Shown: positions 1 to 9,541, counted from the stretch's first letter. The stretch: 64,000 nucleotides of DNA from Acidimicrobiales bacterium (GCA_965208805.1 OZ242355.1:3744878-3808877), one strand, 5' to 3'. Notes: a model not told the origin generated them from the letters alone. Numbers and translations: made by a program.

Positions 1-3
1 TAA

Positions 4-1677
4 ATGCCTGACCCCGCCCCGACCGGCCCCGTCGTCCTGCCGGTTCCCGCCCCGGCCGATCCGATCGAGTTCCCGCCCTACGAGCCGACCATTCCGGCGA
101 TGATCCGGGCGGCGGTCGATGCCCACGGCCATCGGCCGCTGGGCGTGCTGGAAGAACAGCGCATGACCTACGCCGACGCCGACGACGCCTCGGCCGCCAT
201 AGCCAAGGGGCTGCTGGCCATCGGCGTGGGCAAGGGCACTCGGGTGGGGCTGCTGGCCCCTAACGGCCCCGACTGGATCGCCGCCTGGCTGGCCATCGGC
301 CGCATCGGCGCCCTCGGCGTGATGCTCAACACCTACTACAAGGCCCGAGAGCTCGATTGGGCCCTGCGCCACGCCGACGTGCAGGTGCTGTTGTGCGCCC
401 CCCGCCATCTTGGTCACGACTACCTCGACCGCATCGAGGAGATCGCCAGCCCCGGCGACGACCCCGCCATCCGGTCACTGTCGCACCCCTATCTGCGATC
501 GGTGTGGGTTTGGGGCCAGCCCGATCGGCCCTGGGCCAGGTCGATGGACGACCTGCTGGCCGCCGGCGAGGCGGTGAGCGACGAGCTCTTGGTCGCCGCC
601 GAGGCCCAGGTGACCCCGGCCGATGAGTTCGTGGTGGTGTACACCTCGGGCAGCACCGCCGCGCCCAAGGGCGCCATCCATACCCAGGGGCCGATGGTGC
701 GCCACGCCCACAACCTGGGGCAATACCGCGACCTCACCCCCGACGACCGCCTCTACACCCCCATGCCGCTGTTCTGGGTGGGGGGCATGTCGTTCACCCT
801 GGTGGCCGCCATCCACGTGGGCGCCGCAATGGTGTTCGAGGAGCGATTCGACCCCGGCGAGACTCTGGCTCTCATCGAGCGGGAGCGGGTGACCATCGTC
901 GCCGGTTGGCCCCACATGTCCAGGATGCTCACCGACCACCCCGATTTCGAAAAGCGCGACCTGTCCTCGGTGCGGGGCGGCAGCCTCGACGTGCTCTTGC
1001 CCCCCGAGCTGCGGATCGGCGACGTCGAGCTGCGGGTCAACTCGCTGGGCATGACCGAGACCCTCGGCCCCCACACCTTGGGCGTGATGGGCAACCAGCT
1101 GCCCGAGGAGAAGCGGGGATCCTTCGGCTGGACCGTTCCGGGCATGGAGCACCGCATCGTCGATCCGGCCACCGGCGAAGACTGCCCGACGGGGGAGCAG
1201 GGCGAGGTGTGGGTTCGGGGCTACGCCCTCATGACCGGGTTGTACAAGGTGGAGCGAGCCGACGCCTTCACCCCCGACGGCTGGTACCGCACCGGCGACC
1301 GCGGCTACTTCGACGAGCACGGCTACTTCTTCTTCACCGGCCGGATGGGCGACCTCATCAAGTCGGCGGGCATGAACATCGCCCCCCGAGAGGTGGAGCT
1401 GGTGCTGGAAGAGCCCGAAGAGGTCATGCACGCCTTCGTCTGCGGCGTGCCCCATCCCGACCGGCTGGAGGACGTGGCCGCCGCGGTGGTACTGCGCCCC
1501 GGTCAGCAGCTGACCGCCGAGCAGCTCGTCGCCTATACCGCGGCGCGGGTGGCGTCGTACAAGGTTCCCCGCCATCTCGCCGTCTACGAGACCCCCGACG
1601 AGCTCCCCTGGCTCGACTCGGGCAAGATCGACCGCATCGGCGTCCAACAGATCCTCACCGAGCGCTACCCCGGATGA
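4..1677 (+). CDS. AMP-dependent acyl-CoA synthetase/ligase (FadD-like)
   Basis: 557-aa ORF. AMP-binding motif YTSGSTAAPKG, downstream WYRTGDRGYFDEHGYFFFTGR and C-terminal SGKIDR. The stop overlaps the next start (ATGA at 1674). Confidence 0.9.
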   Translation: MPDPAPTGPVVLPVPAPADPIEFPPYEPTIPAMIRAAVDAHGHRPLGVLEEQRMTYADADDASAAIAKGLLAIGVGKGTRVGLLAPNGPDWIAAWLAIGRIGALGVMLNTYYKARELDWALRHADVQVLLCAPRHLGHDYLDRIEEIASPGDDPAIRSLSHPYLRSVWVWGQPDRPWARSMDDLLAAGEAVSDELLVAAEAQVTPADEFVVVYTSGSTAAPKGAIHTQGPMVRHAHNLGQYRDLTPDDRLYTPMPLFWVGGMSFTLVAAIHVGAAMVFEERFDPGETLALIERERVTIVAGWPHMSRMLTDHPDFEKRDLSSVRGGSLDVLLPPELRIGDVELRVNSLGMTETLGPHTLGVMGNQLPEEKRGSFGWTVPGMEHRIVDPATGEDCPTGEQGEVWVRGYALMTGLYKVERADAFTPDGWYRTGDRGYFDEHGYFFFTGRMGDLIKSAGMNIAPREVELVLEEPEEVMHAFVCGVPHPDRLEDVAAAVVLRPGQQLTAEQLVAYTAARVASYKVPRHLAVYETPDELPWLDSGKIDRIGVQQILTERYPG

Positions 1678-3044
1678 CCTTCATCCACGACCTGCTCACC
1701 GTCGTGCCCCGACGGGACGACTTCATCGTCGCCGGAGACCGCCGCCTGTCCACCGGGGAGGTGATCGACTGGGCCCAGCGGGCGTCGGCTGATCTCGAAC
1801 CGGGCCAGCCCACTGCTTTCCAACTCCCCACCAGCCCTGAGGGCGTGGTCGCCTACCGGGCCTGCTGGCGAGCTGGCGCGGTGCCCGTCCCCCTGCTCCA
1901 CGCCGACGGCGGCCGCCAACGGGATCATGCATTCACCCTTCTCGGCCTGAACCGGCTCTTCGATCCCACCGACCACGCCGACGGCGACCCCTCTCCCCAT
2001 CCCCCCGCCCCAACCAACCCCGACGACCGGGCCCTCATCATGTTCACCTCCGGCTCATCGGGCGTCCCCAAGGGGGTGGTCCACACCCAGGCCTCCATCG
2101 CCTACAAGGTGCGCCAGTACATCCACATCAGCGGCCTCACCGCCGACGACACCGTGCTGTTCCCGGCCTCGCTGGCCCACGTGGCCGGCCTCCTGCACGG
2201 CGTGCTCATCCCTGGAGCGCTCTCCATGAAGACCGTGCTCATGGCCCGCTGGGATCCGGGCGAGGCCCTTCGGCTCATCGAGCACGAGCAGGCCACCTAC
2301 ATGATCGGACCGCCCACCTTCTTCAACGACCTTATGGACCACCCCGACTTCAGCCCCGGCCGGACCGCCTCCTTCCGGTTCCTCTCCATCGGCGGCTCCA
2401 GCGTTACCCCCGCCTTCGTGCATCGGGCCCGAGAGGCTTTCGGCTGCATTGTCAAGCGGGCCTACGGCTCCACTGAGGCCCCCACCGTCACAACCTGCAC
2501 CAACCACGACGATCCCGAGCGCATGGCCAACACCGATGGCCGCCCGTTCTCGCCCACCCAGATCAGGATCGACGAGCACGGCGAGATCCAGGTCCACGGC
2601 CCCGAGGTGACCGTCGGCTACCTCGACCCCGCTCACACCGCTGCTGCCTTCACCGACGACGGCTGGTTCCGCACCGGCGACTTGGGCCAGATCGATGAAG
2701 GCGGCTTTCTTACCGTCGTCGGACGGCTGGGCGACAGGATCATCCGAGGTGGCGAGAACATCGACGCCACCGAGGTGGAGGCCATCTTGGAGTCCCATCC
2801 GGCGGTGAGCCAGGCCGTAGCGCTGGGCGAGCCCGACGACCGCCTCGGCGAGCGGGTGGCCGCCTTCGTGGTGGCCGACGGCCCCTTCGACCTCGACGAG
2901 TGCCGCCGCTGGTTCTCCGAGGCCGGAGCGGCCCGCTTCATGACCCCCGAGCGCATCATCCCGATCGACGACATGCCCACTATGCCCTCGGGAAAACCCG
3001 ACCGCACCCAGTTGACCGAAAAACTCCGGCCCCCAACCCGATAA
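1674..3044 (+). CDS. AMP-dependent synthetase/ligase, second paralog
   Basis: ATG at 1674 lies in frame inside track ORF 906..3044. Motifs FTSGSSGVPKGVVHT, GWFRTGDLG and PSGKPDR. The 906-1673 part is an off-frame overlap of the upstream gene. Confidence 0.85.
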   Translation: MTFIHDLLTVVPRRDDFIVAGDRRLSTGEVIDWAQRASADLEPGQPTAFQLPTSPEGVVAYRACWRAGAVPVPLLHADGGRQRDHAFTLLGLNRLFDPTDHADGDPSPHPPAPTNPDDRALIMFTSGSSGVPKGVVHTQASIAYKVRQYIHISGLTADDTVLFPASLAHVAGLLHGVLIPGALSMKTVLMARWDPGEALRLIEHEQATYMIGPPTFFNDLMDHPDFSPGRTASFRFLSIGGSSVTPAFVHRAREAFGCIVKRAYGSTEAPTVTTCTNHDDPERMANTDGRPFSPTQIRIDEHGEIQVHGPEVTVGYLDPAHTAAAFTDDGWFRTGDLGQIDEGGFLTVVGRLGDRIIRGGENIDATEVEAILESHPAVSQAVALGEPDDRLGERVAAFVVADGPFDLDECRRWFSEAGAARFMTPERIIPIDDMPTMPSGKPDRTQLTEKLRPPTR

Positions 3045-3054
3045 ACTTCCTGTC

Positions 3055-3726
3055 GTGGCCCAGTACCAGACCCCCGAGTGGCACCCGGCGTTCGAGGAGT
3101 ATTGCGAGACGATCTTCGAGCTGGCCGAAGACGACGTCGACGTCATCCAGGCCCGGGTGGCTGAGCGCCTCGACGTGTCCCGCCCCGCAGTGTCCGAGAT
3201 GATCCACCGCTTGGAGGCCGAGGGCCTGGTCACCCTCAAGGGCCGGTCGATCGAGCTGTCTCCCGATGGAATGGACCTGGCCGAGCGGGTGGTGCGCCGC
3301 CACCGCCTCGCCGAGGTGTTCCTCACCCAGGTGCTGGGCCTGTCGTGGGCCGACGCCCACGCCGAGGCCGGCAAATGGGAGCACGTCATCTCACCATTGG
3401 TAGAGCAGGCCATGATGCGAGTGCTTGACGATCCCACCACCTGTCCCCACGGCAATCCCATCCCCGGTTCCGACTACCAGGCCCCTCCAACCCTGGCGTT
3501 GGCCAAAGTCGAAGTGGGCCAGCGCTTTGTGGTCACCCGCATCACCGAGGAGCTGGAGTTCACCGAGGGGCTGCTCGACTTCCTGGAGGGCTCTTTGGTG
3601 ATCCCCGGAGCCCAGGGGATCATCACCGCCTCCTCGCCCGACGGCACCACCACCGTGGAGATCGACGGCAACCACGTCGGCATCGGCGGCTTCGCCAGCG
3701 AACGCATCTTCGTCACCGCCGCTTGA
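3055..3726 (+). CDS. DtxR/IdeR/MntR-family metal-dependent transcriptional regulator
   Basis: 223 aa. N-terminal wHTH (VAERLDVSRPAVSEMIHRLEAEGLV), a metal-site region (RRHRLAEVFL, WEHV, CPHGNPIP) and a C-terminal SH3/FeoA-like domain. Confidence 0.85.
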   Translation: MAQYQTPEWHPAFEEYCETIFELAEDDVDVIQARVAERLDVSRPAVSEMIHRLEAEGLVTLKGRSIELSPDGMDLAERVVRRHRLAEVFLTQVLGLSWADAHAEAGKWEHVISPLVEQAMMRVLDDPTTCPHGNPIPGSDYQAPPTLALAKVEVGQRFVVTRITEELEFTEGLLDFLEGSLVIPGAQGIITASSPDGTTTVEIDGNHVGIGGFASERIFVTAA

Positions 3727-3763
3727 ACCGGCCAGAGACCGATAGCCGTAAGAGGGTGTTCGG

Positions 3764-4183
3764 CTACCCCGTGTAGACGGTGAAGCCCTGGTCGCTGAAG
3801 TCTTGGTCGAATGCGAAGGCGGTGTCGATGCCGTGCTCTCGCATGATCTCGAACGACATCCAATCGACCAGCGAAATGCCGCGCTTTCCGGCGGCCAACA
3901 ATGCGGCCATTGCTCTGCTGTACAGAGAGGGTGCCACCCATTGCACCTCGATTGTTGGCAAAACGCTGTTGTGGAACTCCCGGACTGCTTCTAAGCCGAT
4001 TCTCCGGGCTATGAGGGCAACCGTCTCGATGACCACCCCTGAGTGGGTCACCAAGTGCTCTTCGCCCGCTGCCCCTCGGGTGGCGTGGATGCTTACCATC
4101 TCCAATGCAGAGGAATGGTTCTCGTCGTTCCCGTCGAGGAAGGCGTAGATGGCCGAGGTGTCGATGAAGATCGGATTGCTCAC
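3764..4183 (-). CDS. vapC: PIN-domain toxin VapC
   Basis: 139 aa. N-terminal IFIDTSAIYAFL with the acidic PIN residue, then later D/E residues. It overlaps the upstream antitoxin gene by 4 bp. Confidence 0.85.
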   Translation of the reverse strand: MSNPIFIDTSAIYAFLDGNDENHSSALEMVSIHATRGAAGEEHLVTHSGVVIETVALIARRIGLEAVREFHNSVLPTIEVQWVAPSLYSRAMAALLAAGKRGISLVDWMSFEIMREHGIDTAFAFDQDFSDQGFTVYTG

Positions 4184-4422
4184 TCCAGATACGCCTCTTC
4201 CAGTGCCTCATCGTGTTGGGTAGACGTGTCTACATGGCTAGAGCGGAAAGTTCCGGCGGCAGACATCAACCGCTGGTATCTCTCGCTGCGTTCGGCTCGT
4301 TCAAGCTGGGCATCGAGAGCCTCGCGAATGACCGCTGACTGAGACATTGCTCGAGCCGCCGCATGCTCGCGCAGTCGCTCTGCCTGCTCCTTCTTCAGTG
4401 AAATTTGAGTGCGAATCATCAT
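4180..4422 (-). CDS. vapB: Ribbon-helix-helix (CopG/VapB-type) antitoxin
   Basis: 80 aa. RTQISLKKEQAERLREHAAARAMSQSAVIREALD is a typical RHH pattern. The gene is translationally coupled to vapC. Confidence 0.75.
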   Translation of the reverse strand: MMIRTQISLKKEQAERLREHAAARAMSQSAVIREALDAQLERAERSERYQRLMSAAGTFRSSHVDTSTQHDEALEEAYLE

Positions 4423-4429
4423 GCCTACA

Positions 4430-4465
4430 TTATTATATCATAGAACTGTATTCATGATGTAATAA
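4430..4465. promoter_or_regulatory. Imperfect inverted repeat upstream of vapB, likely the autoregulatory operator
   Basis: TTATTATATCAT (4430-4441) and ATGATGTAATAA (4454-4465) are reverse complements with one mismatch. They sit in an AT-rich stretch 8 bp upstream of the vapB start. Confidence 0.45.
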
Positions 4466-4567
4466 TCGTTGCCTGCTCTTCCCACAGGCGGCAATCCAAA
4501 GAATGCTGACGGGCCAGACATTCTTGCAGTAGCTGCTGAGTATGGAGTCTTGAAGGTGGTCCGCGCG

Positions 4568-5359
4568 TTATTGGACGGAGGGCTCGTTTCGCAGCTCCGA
4601 TCGGGCGCCGCTCACGATCTCAGGAGGAATGGCCAGAAAGGTCGACACGGCGTCGTCGAGCGCCAGCCTCACGGGATCGGACGAAATATCGGCGAGCCCC
4701 TGTAGTTCAGTGCCGAGGTGCCGGTCGAAGATGTCGGCCAACGAGGCCGCTTGTTTCTCGTCTATGTCCGGCACGAGCATTTCACGGCATGGGGCCAGGT
4801 TCAGGTCTGGCCTTGACAGCACCTTTGGGGAAGCAACGGAGAGAAAATTGACGATTCCGGGCGTTGAATTCAGCCAGACGCACATCGCCTTTTCCCATTT
4901 GTCCCGGCTTATGCCGAGGCCTTGCCTTGCTCTGACGGGTATCCAATTGCTTCCCAATATGGGGTCATGCGACCACCCGGCGACCACCCGCAAGGTGTTC
5001 AGTCGCGGGAAGCGGCATATGAGCAGCCTTGATCTCATTGCCCAGTAGTCGGCAGCGCGCTTCTCCTTGCCGGACTTGGTTTGGAGATATACGTCGGCCT
5101 CTACACGCAATGACCTCATAATGGTCGTGTCGTTGGACCAGAGGGCCTTCGGCACTCCCTCGATTCCTTCTGTTGTGCTCCCTATGGGGGCATGACCCTT
5201 GGGTTCGAATGCGTCATGGACTCGTCGTCCGTGCGGTTCGACATGGGCCAGTTCGCCTAGCTTTGCTACCTGGAACAGATCGCCAGACGCGATCTGTTGG
5301 GCGAAACTGACCAAATGGTCCGATGTGATCCCCAATGGCCTCCATCGGCCTCTTGCCAT
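4568..5359 (-). CDS. Hypothetical protein; possible C-terminal (target-recognition-like) remnant of a DNA methyltransferase/type IIG-like gene
   Basis: 263-aa ORF in an AT-richer island, directly downstream of and on the same strand as 5408..5971. No catalytic motif was seen. The assignment rests on context and general resemblance only. Confidence 0.35.
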   Translation of the reverse strand: MARGRWRPLGITSDHLVSFAQQIASGDLFQVAKLGELAHVEPHGRRVHDAFEPKGHAPIGSTTEGIEGVPKALWSNDTTIMRSLRVEADVYLQTKSGKEKRAADYWAMRSRLLICRFPRLNTLRVVAGWSHDPILGSNWIPVRARQGLGISRDKWEKAMCVWLNSTPGIVNFLSVASPKVLSRPDLNLAPCREMLVPDIDEKQAASLADIFDRHLGTELQGLADISSDPVRLALDDAVSTFLAIPPEIVSGARSELRNEPSVQ

Positions 5360-5407
5360 CTTGTGGGCTGGCCACTCGGTGATGGTGCCGACAGATGCGT
5401 CTAAGCG

Positions 5408-5971
5408 TTAAGCGTGGAGCGCGGCGGCAACGGCTGTGGCATCCACGACGGACCTCGCATTACGCCTCAGTACCGCAAACTTGGTTAGGGGGCGGCGGGC
5501 TGGGTCTGCCTCCCGGTGTCGTCGTGCCACAACCAACATCTCGGCGATGTCAGTGTTCTCTGAGAAGCAGGTTCGGACAGGGTCGTGGCTGGCGATAATC
5601 CATTCGATGTGAAACCACTCGGCAAGGAGCTGACGGATGCCAGCAGCGGATGGAGCCGAGGATCCGGCGAGGGGAAACACGAATGCGAGCGTTGCCCCTT
5701 GGTCGAGCTTGGCGAGGTGTTCACCGAGGTCTATGAACATGGTACCCAGAGCGGTCGCGTCGGCAGACCTGTCACGGGCAAGCTGCTTTTCCCGCTTCCT
5801 AATGTAACCCCGCTCCTTGTTTCCCAACTGCTGATGACGCAGCGAGTGTTCGTAGTCGACAGAGCACCAGTCGGGGAGATACTCCTCAAGCAAATGACAT
5901 AGCCGCTGGTTGAGAAAGGTCTCAAGTTTGCTGCCTGTCCGCCCTGACAGGTGACCTGTCCGAGTTGCCAT
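5408..5971 (-). CDS. Hypothetical protein; resembles the post-catalytic segment of N6-adenine DNA methyltransferases, with no SAM-binding or NPPY motif present
   Basis: 187 aa. ATLAFVFPLAGSSAPSAAGIRQLLAEWFHIEWIIASHD...FSENTDIAEMLVVARR resembles the region that follows motif IV in gamma-class MTases. The N-terminal catalytic half is absent. Confidence 0.35.
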   Translation of the reverse strand: MATRTGHLSGRTGSKLETFLNQRLCHLLEEYLPDWCSVDYEHSLRHQQLGNKERGYIRKREKQLARDRSADATALGTMFIDLGEHLAKLDQGATLAFVFPLAGSSAPSAAGIRQLLAEWFHIEWIIASHDPVRTCFSENTDIAEMLVVARRHREADPARRPLTKFAVLRRNARSVVDATAVAAALHA

Positions 5972-6166
5972 GCGCTCCTCCCCGCCAGCCTCGAGATGCT
6001 GACAGCCGGAAACGTTAGCGGCAGCGGCCCGCCGCTAGCGGTTTGGTGGTTGGGACATCGGAAGGCTGAAGCTGCCTGCGTGCAGTGCCGGGTACACGCC
6101 CGCATTGGCAGCGCGGATGCTTGTCGGTAGGATAACCGACAGCCGTCGCGCAGCGCGTGACACCAG

Positions 6167-9100
6167 ATGAACAACACCGAAATCAGACTGTTCGTCGGCG
6201 ACCCCGTCACGAACACAGCAGAGCTGAACCTCATCAACCGCTTGCGGTCTGATCTGGCTCGGCATGGCATTAGCGGAACTCTCTACGCGAATTTCTTTAC
6301 GGAGGCGCGCCAGTCGCTTCAGATTGACTTGCTGGTCAGGACCGAATCCCGTACTGCTCATGTGGAGATCAAGGGCTTCAGTGCCGAGCACCCGATCCGG
6401 GGGTATCGAAACGGGAATTGGGCACAGGTCTTGCCCGGAGGGAAGGAGCGTACGCTCGGCAAGAACTGCGGGCGGCAAGCACTCTCAGGCACCTACACCA
6501 TCAGCGACGCGATGCGCAGCCTCGCACAAGCGGGCGTAGTCACTTCAGCTGAAGGCGGCTTTTTCCGCTACATTGATTCGATTGTGGGGATATGGGAGAG
6601 GGTCCCTAGCGGTTCCGACATCGACCCGCCGCCCCATGTGACGGTGACGGGGTACCAGGAGCTTCTTGAACGACTGAGGCAACCTGGGCCCGTCGTGCCG
6701 TGGTCGGACGAAGAATGGGATGAATTCGCCCGACACCACAGCCTCTTCCAACTCGAGGAAACCTCCCCTGCTGAAGCGAGACGACGCGACGCCACGGCGA
6801 TTGTCGACGACTACCGCATTCGCTCTAGGGCCAGCCTCTCCAATGGTCTCAGCCCCTTCATAAGCTTGGAAGTTTCCGGGCCGGATGTATCTTCGTCCGA
6901 CGCAGACGGCATTGGCCGATGGGTTGCCGACGGGCGTTCGGCAGCGGTTGTAGGCCCGTCGGGAAGCGGAAAGTCGTTTCTGGCAAGGCATTTGGCGGTT
7001 CGCCACTGCGATGAAGGACGCATGGTGATCTGGATTCAGGCCAGCGACTACACCATGGGGGAATTCCGAGCCTTGCTGGCCCGCGCGCTCGGGTCGTTCA
7101 GCATCGAGCGAAGGAGCGATTTGGTAGATGCCGCTTCCGATGCCGGGGTTCCCCTCACGGTAGTAGTAGATGGGCTGAACGAATGTCCGAGCAAAGAGCG
7201 GGATGAGCTGTTGCGGCAGTTGCAGGCGTTCACCTTGCGACACCCAGCGGGAATGCTCATCACGAGCACGACCCAAGAAGGTCTCGGCGGCACAGGCCCC
7301 GTAGACGTATTTCGGCTCCATGAACCCGACGAGAGCACCCGCGTTGCCATTCTGTCCTCCCACGGCACCCGGCGACCAGATTTGATCAGCAGCCAGTTCC
7401 GCATACCGCACGACCTCGCCATAGCCGCCCAATGCGCCAACGAAATAGGAGATAGCGCCACGGTCGCCGACCTGCACGACGCGTTCATTCGAAAGCACGT
7501 CCCAACCGAGCATTTGAGGGCTGGTCTGCGCGCTCTGGCAAGCCACCTCCACACGACGCTGAGGTCGAGTGTCGCGCTGATGGAGGCCGTCAAGGTCCTC
7601 AGTTCACCCAACCTAGGCCTTTCCGCTGAGCAAATGGACGCTGTTTTCGGCACCGCGCTGCTCAAGGTTAACGGGCACCGCATCCGGTTCCGCCACGATC
7701 TGTTCGGCCAGCACCTCGCCGCCGAGGCTCTTGTCCTCGCGTCCGAGTCAGGGCAAGGGCTCGGAGCGACCCTCAGCGTTCCTGCCAACCGGGCTCTTAT
7801 TCCGGCCGCTCTGGGCATCGAAAAGGATGGAGTGCAAACTTGGGCCGCTCTGTACGAACTGGCCGATCCTTCCCTCGTCGCCGCATCCCTTCTTGGCACC
7901 TACGGACCAGAAATGGCCCAGAGGGCAAAGGACATCGTCCGGGAGGCTTTGCGGGCCGGGATTGCCGACACCGCCACGGGCAACGCCAGCATTAGGAGCA
8001 TTGAACCGGGGACGCTCAAAGGCGTGCAAGAAGGATTCGGGCACTGGGCCACATCGGGCAGGAGGACAGAGTCCGATCAGGTGCTCCTGGTTGCCAGCGG
8101 AATAGCTCTCGAAATGTTCATCGACGAGGCATGCGAATTAATCGACCTGACCGACGAACTGTGCCAAGCACAAGCACGCAGACTCAAGGCAGAGGGCATA
8201 GCCGATGCCGAGCATGCGGTTATCAGGCCCACCTACAGCAGCACCGTCTTTCTTGCGCGCTCTGGGGAAGAACTCGCTGCAACCCTGCTCGTGAGGGGTC
8301 TTCGAGAATCTGCGAGGTTCTCGCCGCGCTCGTGTGAGGGAAAGCCACGTGAATTGGCCAGGCGATTCGCCGAAGAGGCTGGCCCCCGGTCTTGGGGCCG
8401 CTACTTCGCTGCCATACTGAGTATCGTTCCGGATGACCTCGATGATCAGGCGCTAGTCGCGTCGCTGCTGAAGCGGGCATGGGATGCAGGCAACCTCGAT
8501 TTGCGGCTTGAAGCCCTTGACATGGTCCGACGCATCCGGTGCCACGCCGAAATCGGTGAACCGCACCGCTCTGAGATAGGCAGGACACTTCTGTCGCTCG
8601 AACCAGGCAAATTTCTTGCAGAACACTACCGCCTCGACGAAGAGTTGTCAGCGTTCGGCCAAATCGATAACACAACTGATTCCGGCAGGCTCCGCGACGA
8701 GATCAGAGCCGACATCGCTAGTTCGTTTAACATCGACACGGCCCGTCGGATCGCTGCCATGCAATACGACAACCAAGACATTTGCGGCCCCTATAGGGAA
8801 GCGATTGACGGCCTCGAAGATCGGGAAAAGGCACAACTGCTCGCTACGGCCGCCTCCGGCGATACAAGACACACGGTGTTCATCAACCTGATGATCGCCC
8901 AGCTCGTCGATATAGTTCCCACCGGCGATCACGCAATCGACGAAACCGCTAGAGCTGTCTTCGCCACACACATGATCTGTCCTCACGAAGACGCGTTCAT
9001 GGAGCACGAGGCTATAGGTGCTTACCTGTACGCCATTAGAGGATGGGCCAAATTCGAGAGGGCGCTCCCTTCTCAAGCCGGTGATCCAGGGTCCCATCGC

Positions 9101-9541
9101 ACAAGTTGGCATCTCCTCGCAGGGTTGCAGCTTCGCTATGAACGCGATGACGCCCAAGTCGACGCGGCGCAGACTTGGGATGCCCTCCTCGCCGATCCCA
9201 GCCGCACAGCCGTGACCCTAACCCTCATTGATCACTCGGACTCCAAGCATGAATTCGACGAAGGCCACCAGCTCGTACGGCGACGCACCCTACCTGATCG
9301 CCTAGCAAGCGACTACCCGAAGCCGATGCGGCAGCTACTCAGGTGGGTACTTGAGAACCCATCTGAAGTCGCCCTGGATGTCTATAAGCAGCGCAGAGTG
9401 GTGGCATTCGCCATTCGAACACTCGGTGAGACCGGCGACGAATCCAGTGCCAAAATACTGCACCCCTACACCCTTGACCCTGAGACCGGTGACATAGCCG
9501 TCGAAGCAATACGGCAGATACACAATCGAGCCGCCTCATAA
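6167..9541 (+). CDS. NERD (PD-(D/E)xK-like) nuclease domain fused to a NACHT/STAND P-loop NTPase and a long helical (HEAT-like) C-terminal region
   Basis: 1124 aa. NERD-like N-terminus (QIDLLVRTESRTAHVEIKGF ... NGNWAQV). Walker A AVVGPSGSGKSFLARHL. NACHT-type Walker B LTVVVDGLNEC. About 750 aa of helical repeats end in a HEAT-like IRTLGETGDESSAKILHPYTLDPETGDIAVEAIRQI. Confidence 0.7.
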   Translation: MNNTEIRLFVGDPVTNTAELNLINRLRSDLARHGISGTLYANFFTEARQSLQIDLLVRTESRTAHVEIKGFSAEHPIRGYRNGNWAQVLPGGKERTLGKNCGRQALSGTYTISDAMRSLAQAGVVTSAEGGFFRYIDSIVGIWERVPSGSDIDPPPHVTVTGYQELLERLRQPGPVVPWSDEEWDEFARHHSLFQLEETSPAEARRRDATAIVDDYRIRSRASLSNGLSPFISLEVSGPDVSSSDADGIGRWVADGRSAAVVGPSGSGKSFLARHLAVRHCDEGRMVIWIQASDYTMGEFRALLARALGSFSIERRSDLVDAASDAGVPLTVVVDGLNECPSKERDELLRQLQAFTLRHPAGMLITSTTQEGLGGTGPVDVFRLHEPDESTRVAILSSHGTRRPDLISSQFRIPHDLAIAAQCANEIGDSATVADLHDAFIRKHVPTEHLRAGLRALASHLHTTLRSSVALMEAVKVLSSPNLGLSAEQMDAVFGTALLKVNGHRIRFRHDLFGQHLAAEALVLASESGQGLGATLSVPANRALIPAALGIEKDGVQTWAALYELADPSLVAASLLGTYGPEMAQRAKDIVREALRAGIADTATGNASIRSIEPGTLKGVQEGFGHWATSGRRTESDQVLLVASGIALEMFIDEACELIDLTDELCQAQARRLKAEGIADAEHAVIRPTYSSTVFLARSGEELAATLLVRGLRESARFSPRSCEGKPRELARRFAEEAGPRSWGRYFAAILSIVPDDLDDQALVASLLKRAWDAGNLDLRLEALDMVRRIRCHAEIGEPHRSEIGRTLLSLEPGKFLAEHYRLDEELSAFGQIDNTTDSGRLRDEIRADIASSFNIDTARRIAAMQYDNQDICGPYREAIDGLEDREKAQLLATAASGDTRHTVFINLMIAQLVDIVPTGDHAIDETARAVFATHMICPHEDAFMEHEAIGAYLYAIRGWAKFERALPSQAGDPGSHRTSWHLLAGLQLRYERDDAQVDAAQTWDALLADPSRTAVTLTLIDHSDSKHEFDEGHQLVRRRTLPDRLASDYPKPMRQLLRWVLENPSEVALDVYKQRRVVAFAIRTLGETGDESSAKILHPYTLDPETGDIAVEAIRQIHNRAAS

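Noticed and set aside
475-1647. A long antisense ORF (390 aa) opposite the acyl-CoA synthetase. Similar long shadow ORFs occur at 2055..3461, 9722..10438, 11522..12814, 13726..14964, 17485..18639, 19869..20603, 22932..23855, 27861..29180, 46695..47747, 47781..48623 and 58572..59636.
   Set aside because: Each fully overlaps a gene with clear family motifs on the other strand. The translations are G/A/R/P/H/V-rich low-complexity sequences, typical of off-frame reading in high-GC DNA.
906-1673. N-terminal extensions of track ORFs: 906..3044, 9751..11631, 24094..25500, 25518..26579 (upstream part), 22690..23043, 44439..44537, 50786..50833 and 54744..54821.
   Set aside because: The extended parts overlap the preceding gene out of frame or read as Arg/Pro-rich nonsense. 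Internal starts give proteins that begin where family similarity begins, and they often overlap the upstream stop (ATGA/GTGA).
3044-3055. A DtxR/IdeR iron-box operator near the regulator gene.
   Set aside because: No 19-bp palindrome resembling TTAGGTTAGCCTAACCTAA was seen in the short upstream region or in neighbouring intergenic regions.
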